From Nemertoderma westbladi (taxonomy: Eukaryota > Animalia > Xenacoelomorpha): a stretch of 64,000 nucleotides of DNA. A program made the translations under genes and the position numbers. Under the pieces are notes generated by a model. The model saw nothing but the letters and a program-made list of their open reading frames with translations. It made no database searches and was not told where the DNA came from. The DNA lies in the NCBI GenBank assembly GCA_032718475.1, contig JAUCBJ010007725.1, positions 1 to 64,000 on the forward strand. Reading direction: 5' to 3'. Shown here in pieces: positions 61,977 to 64,000 of the stretch; position 1 is the stretch's first letter; the number at the start of each line of letters is the position of its first letter.

Positions 61977-63180
61977 AAAATATATAAAGGAGAAGATCAG
62001 AAGCTAGATTAGAAAGAGAAAGGCAGGATAAGTCAAGGATGCACTACATAGGGAATTTTATAGGTCTGTCTTATTTGCTCCCACAGTTTTATTTTATTTT
62101 ATTTTTAACATTGCGTACTCCTATATATTATGCTGCTCGGTGTGAGCTCACGCTTGCTCGGGTTGGTTTAATATTTAAATTTATTTTGTTTTTGTTCTCA
62201 TTATAGTAATATTTATCATTACTGCTCTGGTCTTCGGTCGAGCATTGCGCGCTGAGATTTGAGTGGTATATTATTTTATTTTTTATCTCCATTTTTTCGC
62301 TATATTTATTATACTGCTCTGGTACAGGGTCGAGCATTGCGCGCCCTGTCTAGGGTGGAATAATATCTTGCAACCTTTATTTTTAACATTACATACTCCT
62401 ATATATTATGCTGCTTGGTGTGAGCTCACGCTTGCTCGGGTTGGTTTAATATTTAAATTTATTTTGGTTTTGAGAGCACTCACAAAATTTCGCACGTGCA
62501 GTAAATGACCATAACACTGGTCGGTATTCGAATCGAATAACTGAAAAACTTGAAAATAGACCGTGGGGAGTTATGTCATACATTATTGGGGTAGAGGACA
62601 TGTTTGGAAACCTTGAAACACGCCAAAGTTATAGCTGATGATTGGAGACATATCAGAAATACAAAGTATGGTCCAGAAGCAACACCACAGGAAGTGCAAA
62701 GAGCAGGATTAGAGTGTACTAAAAAGTGGACTCCACTTCATAAAGATATAAAATATGTCCAGTTGACAAAATTTTAAAAAATATATAGAGAAGATCAGAA
62801 GCTAGATTAGAAGGAGAAAGGCAGGATAAGTCAAGGATGCACTACATAGGGAATTTTATAGGTCTGTCTTATTTGCTCCCACCGTTTTATTTTATTTTAT
62901 TTTTAACATTGCGTACTCCTATATATTATGCTGCTCGGTGTGAGCTCACGCTTGCTCGGGTTGGTTTAATATTTAAATTTATTTTGGTTTTTTTCTCATT
63001 ATAATAATATTTATCATTACTGCTCTGGTCTTCGGTCGAGCATTGCGCGCTGAGATTTGAGTGGTATATTATTTTATTTTTTATCTTCATTTATTTCGCT
63101 ATATTTATTATACTGCGCTGGTACAGGGTCGAGCATTGCCCGCCCTGTCTAGGGTGGAATAATATCTTGCAACCTTTATC
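61680..63180 (+). repeat. ~800-bp tandem duplication of the GIY-YIG C-terminus and 3' region; the second copy (62480-63180) is non-coding with a frameshift
   Basis: TCACAAAATTT.GCACGTGCAGTAAATGACC at 61680 and 62480. A ~95-bp subrepeat (…GTGTGAGCTCACGCTTGCTCGGG…) occurs at ~62100, ~62380 and ~62900. Confidence 0.92.
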
Positions 63181-64000
63181 TCTATTTTTCTATTTGCTAC
63201 TCTAGCTTTCTAGGCGTGCATTAGCTCACCTGGGCTAGATAGTAATTTTATTTTATTATTCAGTTTAAAGGCGTAGCTTAAGGTGTATTTGCTACTCTAG
63301 CTTTCTAGGCGTGCATTAGCTCACCTGGGCTAAGTAGTAACTGTTTATTGTAATGTTGAGTAGGCTGAAGTAGCCAGATATACTGTATTTAAAGCGCCAT
63401 TCCTATTGCTAGTGTAACTAGCATTTTTTTGAATTTTTTTTTATTTTTTTTGCTAGTGAGACCACAAGTATGCATGTTGCTGCTTGTACTAGCAATATGG
63501 ATTTGGTTGTACAGTAGGTCTTGTTCATAGGCTGATACATACAGTAAATAACAAAAATGAAAGGCTTAGCTTAAGGTTAAGGGTATGGTGCTGCCAGTAC
63601 GAAGGCTTAGCTGAACGATTTTTACAGTTACTACAATCACAGCAACACTAATTACATATACAACTTACCACTACTTACTATAATACAGGAACGTCACATT
63701 AATTCCATTACTACATTACAGTTATAATAGTATACTATAGTACTTACAATAATAAAATATATTTTTGTTCTTATATTCGTGTTATTATTTTTTATTTTAT
63801 AAATCATGGGGACTGCTTTAGTTTTGAGTCGAGCATTGCGCGCTCTGACTAGAGTCAGGAACCATGATTCAGAACCATAGGCCTCTTATATCTCTTTTTG
63901 TTCTCATCTCCTTGTTATTTATTTTATTATAGCATTATTATTATTATATTATTTTATTTCTATATGTATATGTACATGGGTATCTGTTTTTTTTACTGTT

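Larger units (their letters stand above)
16893..63852 (+). mobile_element. Candidate giant Helitron-like element (RepHel-GIY-YIG, divergent accessory gene, internal satellite); boundaries tentative
   Basis: RepHel ORF and 3' hairpin+CTAG motifs. A shared bipartite motif and direct repeat link 16.9 kb to 45-49 kb. No recognisable host genes in the interval. The 5' TC end was not identified. Confidence 0.5.

Overview
Eukaryotic, AT-rich DNA, most likely from an invertebrate animal (GT-AG introns, LINEs, satellites). The first 16 kb is host-like. It holds a decayed APE-type LINE with a nested MITE, an intronless SLC18B1-like MFS transporter, exons 1-2 of a TMED4/9 (p24-alpha) gene on the minus strand, a nearly intact CRE-like RLE non-LTR retrotransposon with one frameshift, and several minisatellites. 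From about 16.9 kb to 63.9 kb the sequence reads as one candidate giant (~47 kb) Helitron-like rolling-circle element with two divergent genes. The plus-strand gene is an uninterrupted ~3158-aa protein: many Zn fingers, an HUH Rep, a PIF1-like helicase and a C-terminal GIY-YIG domain that looks catalytically degenerate. It has a clear Pol II promoter, predicted non-coding exons and stacked hairpin+CTAG ends downstream. The minus-strand gene encodes an unknown 319-aa Cys-containing protein. Its predicted 24.7-kb 5'-UTR intron is almost entirely a ~280-copy 86/87-bp satellite. The satellite core (AAAGGAGCAGGTTACAG[A/T]GGC-N10-AACCAAAACAATAAAC) also occurs as solitary copies on both sides of the array. 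These keep both arms and an exactly 10-nt spacer of free sequence, which suggests an amplified protein-binding or recombination site. All family assignments come from motif recognition; no searches were run.
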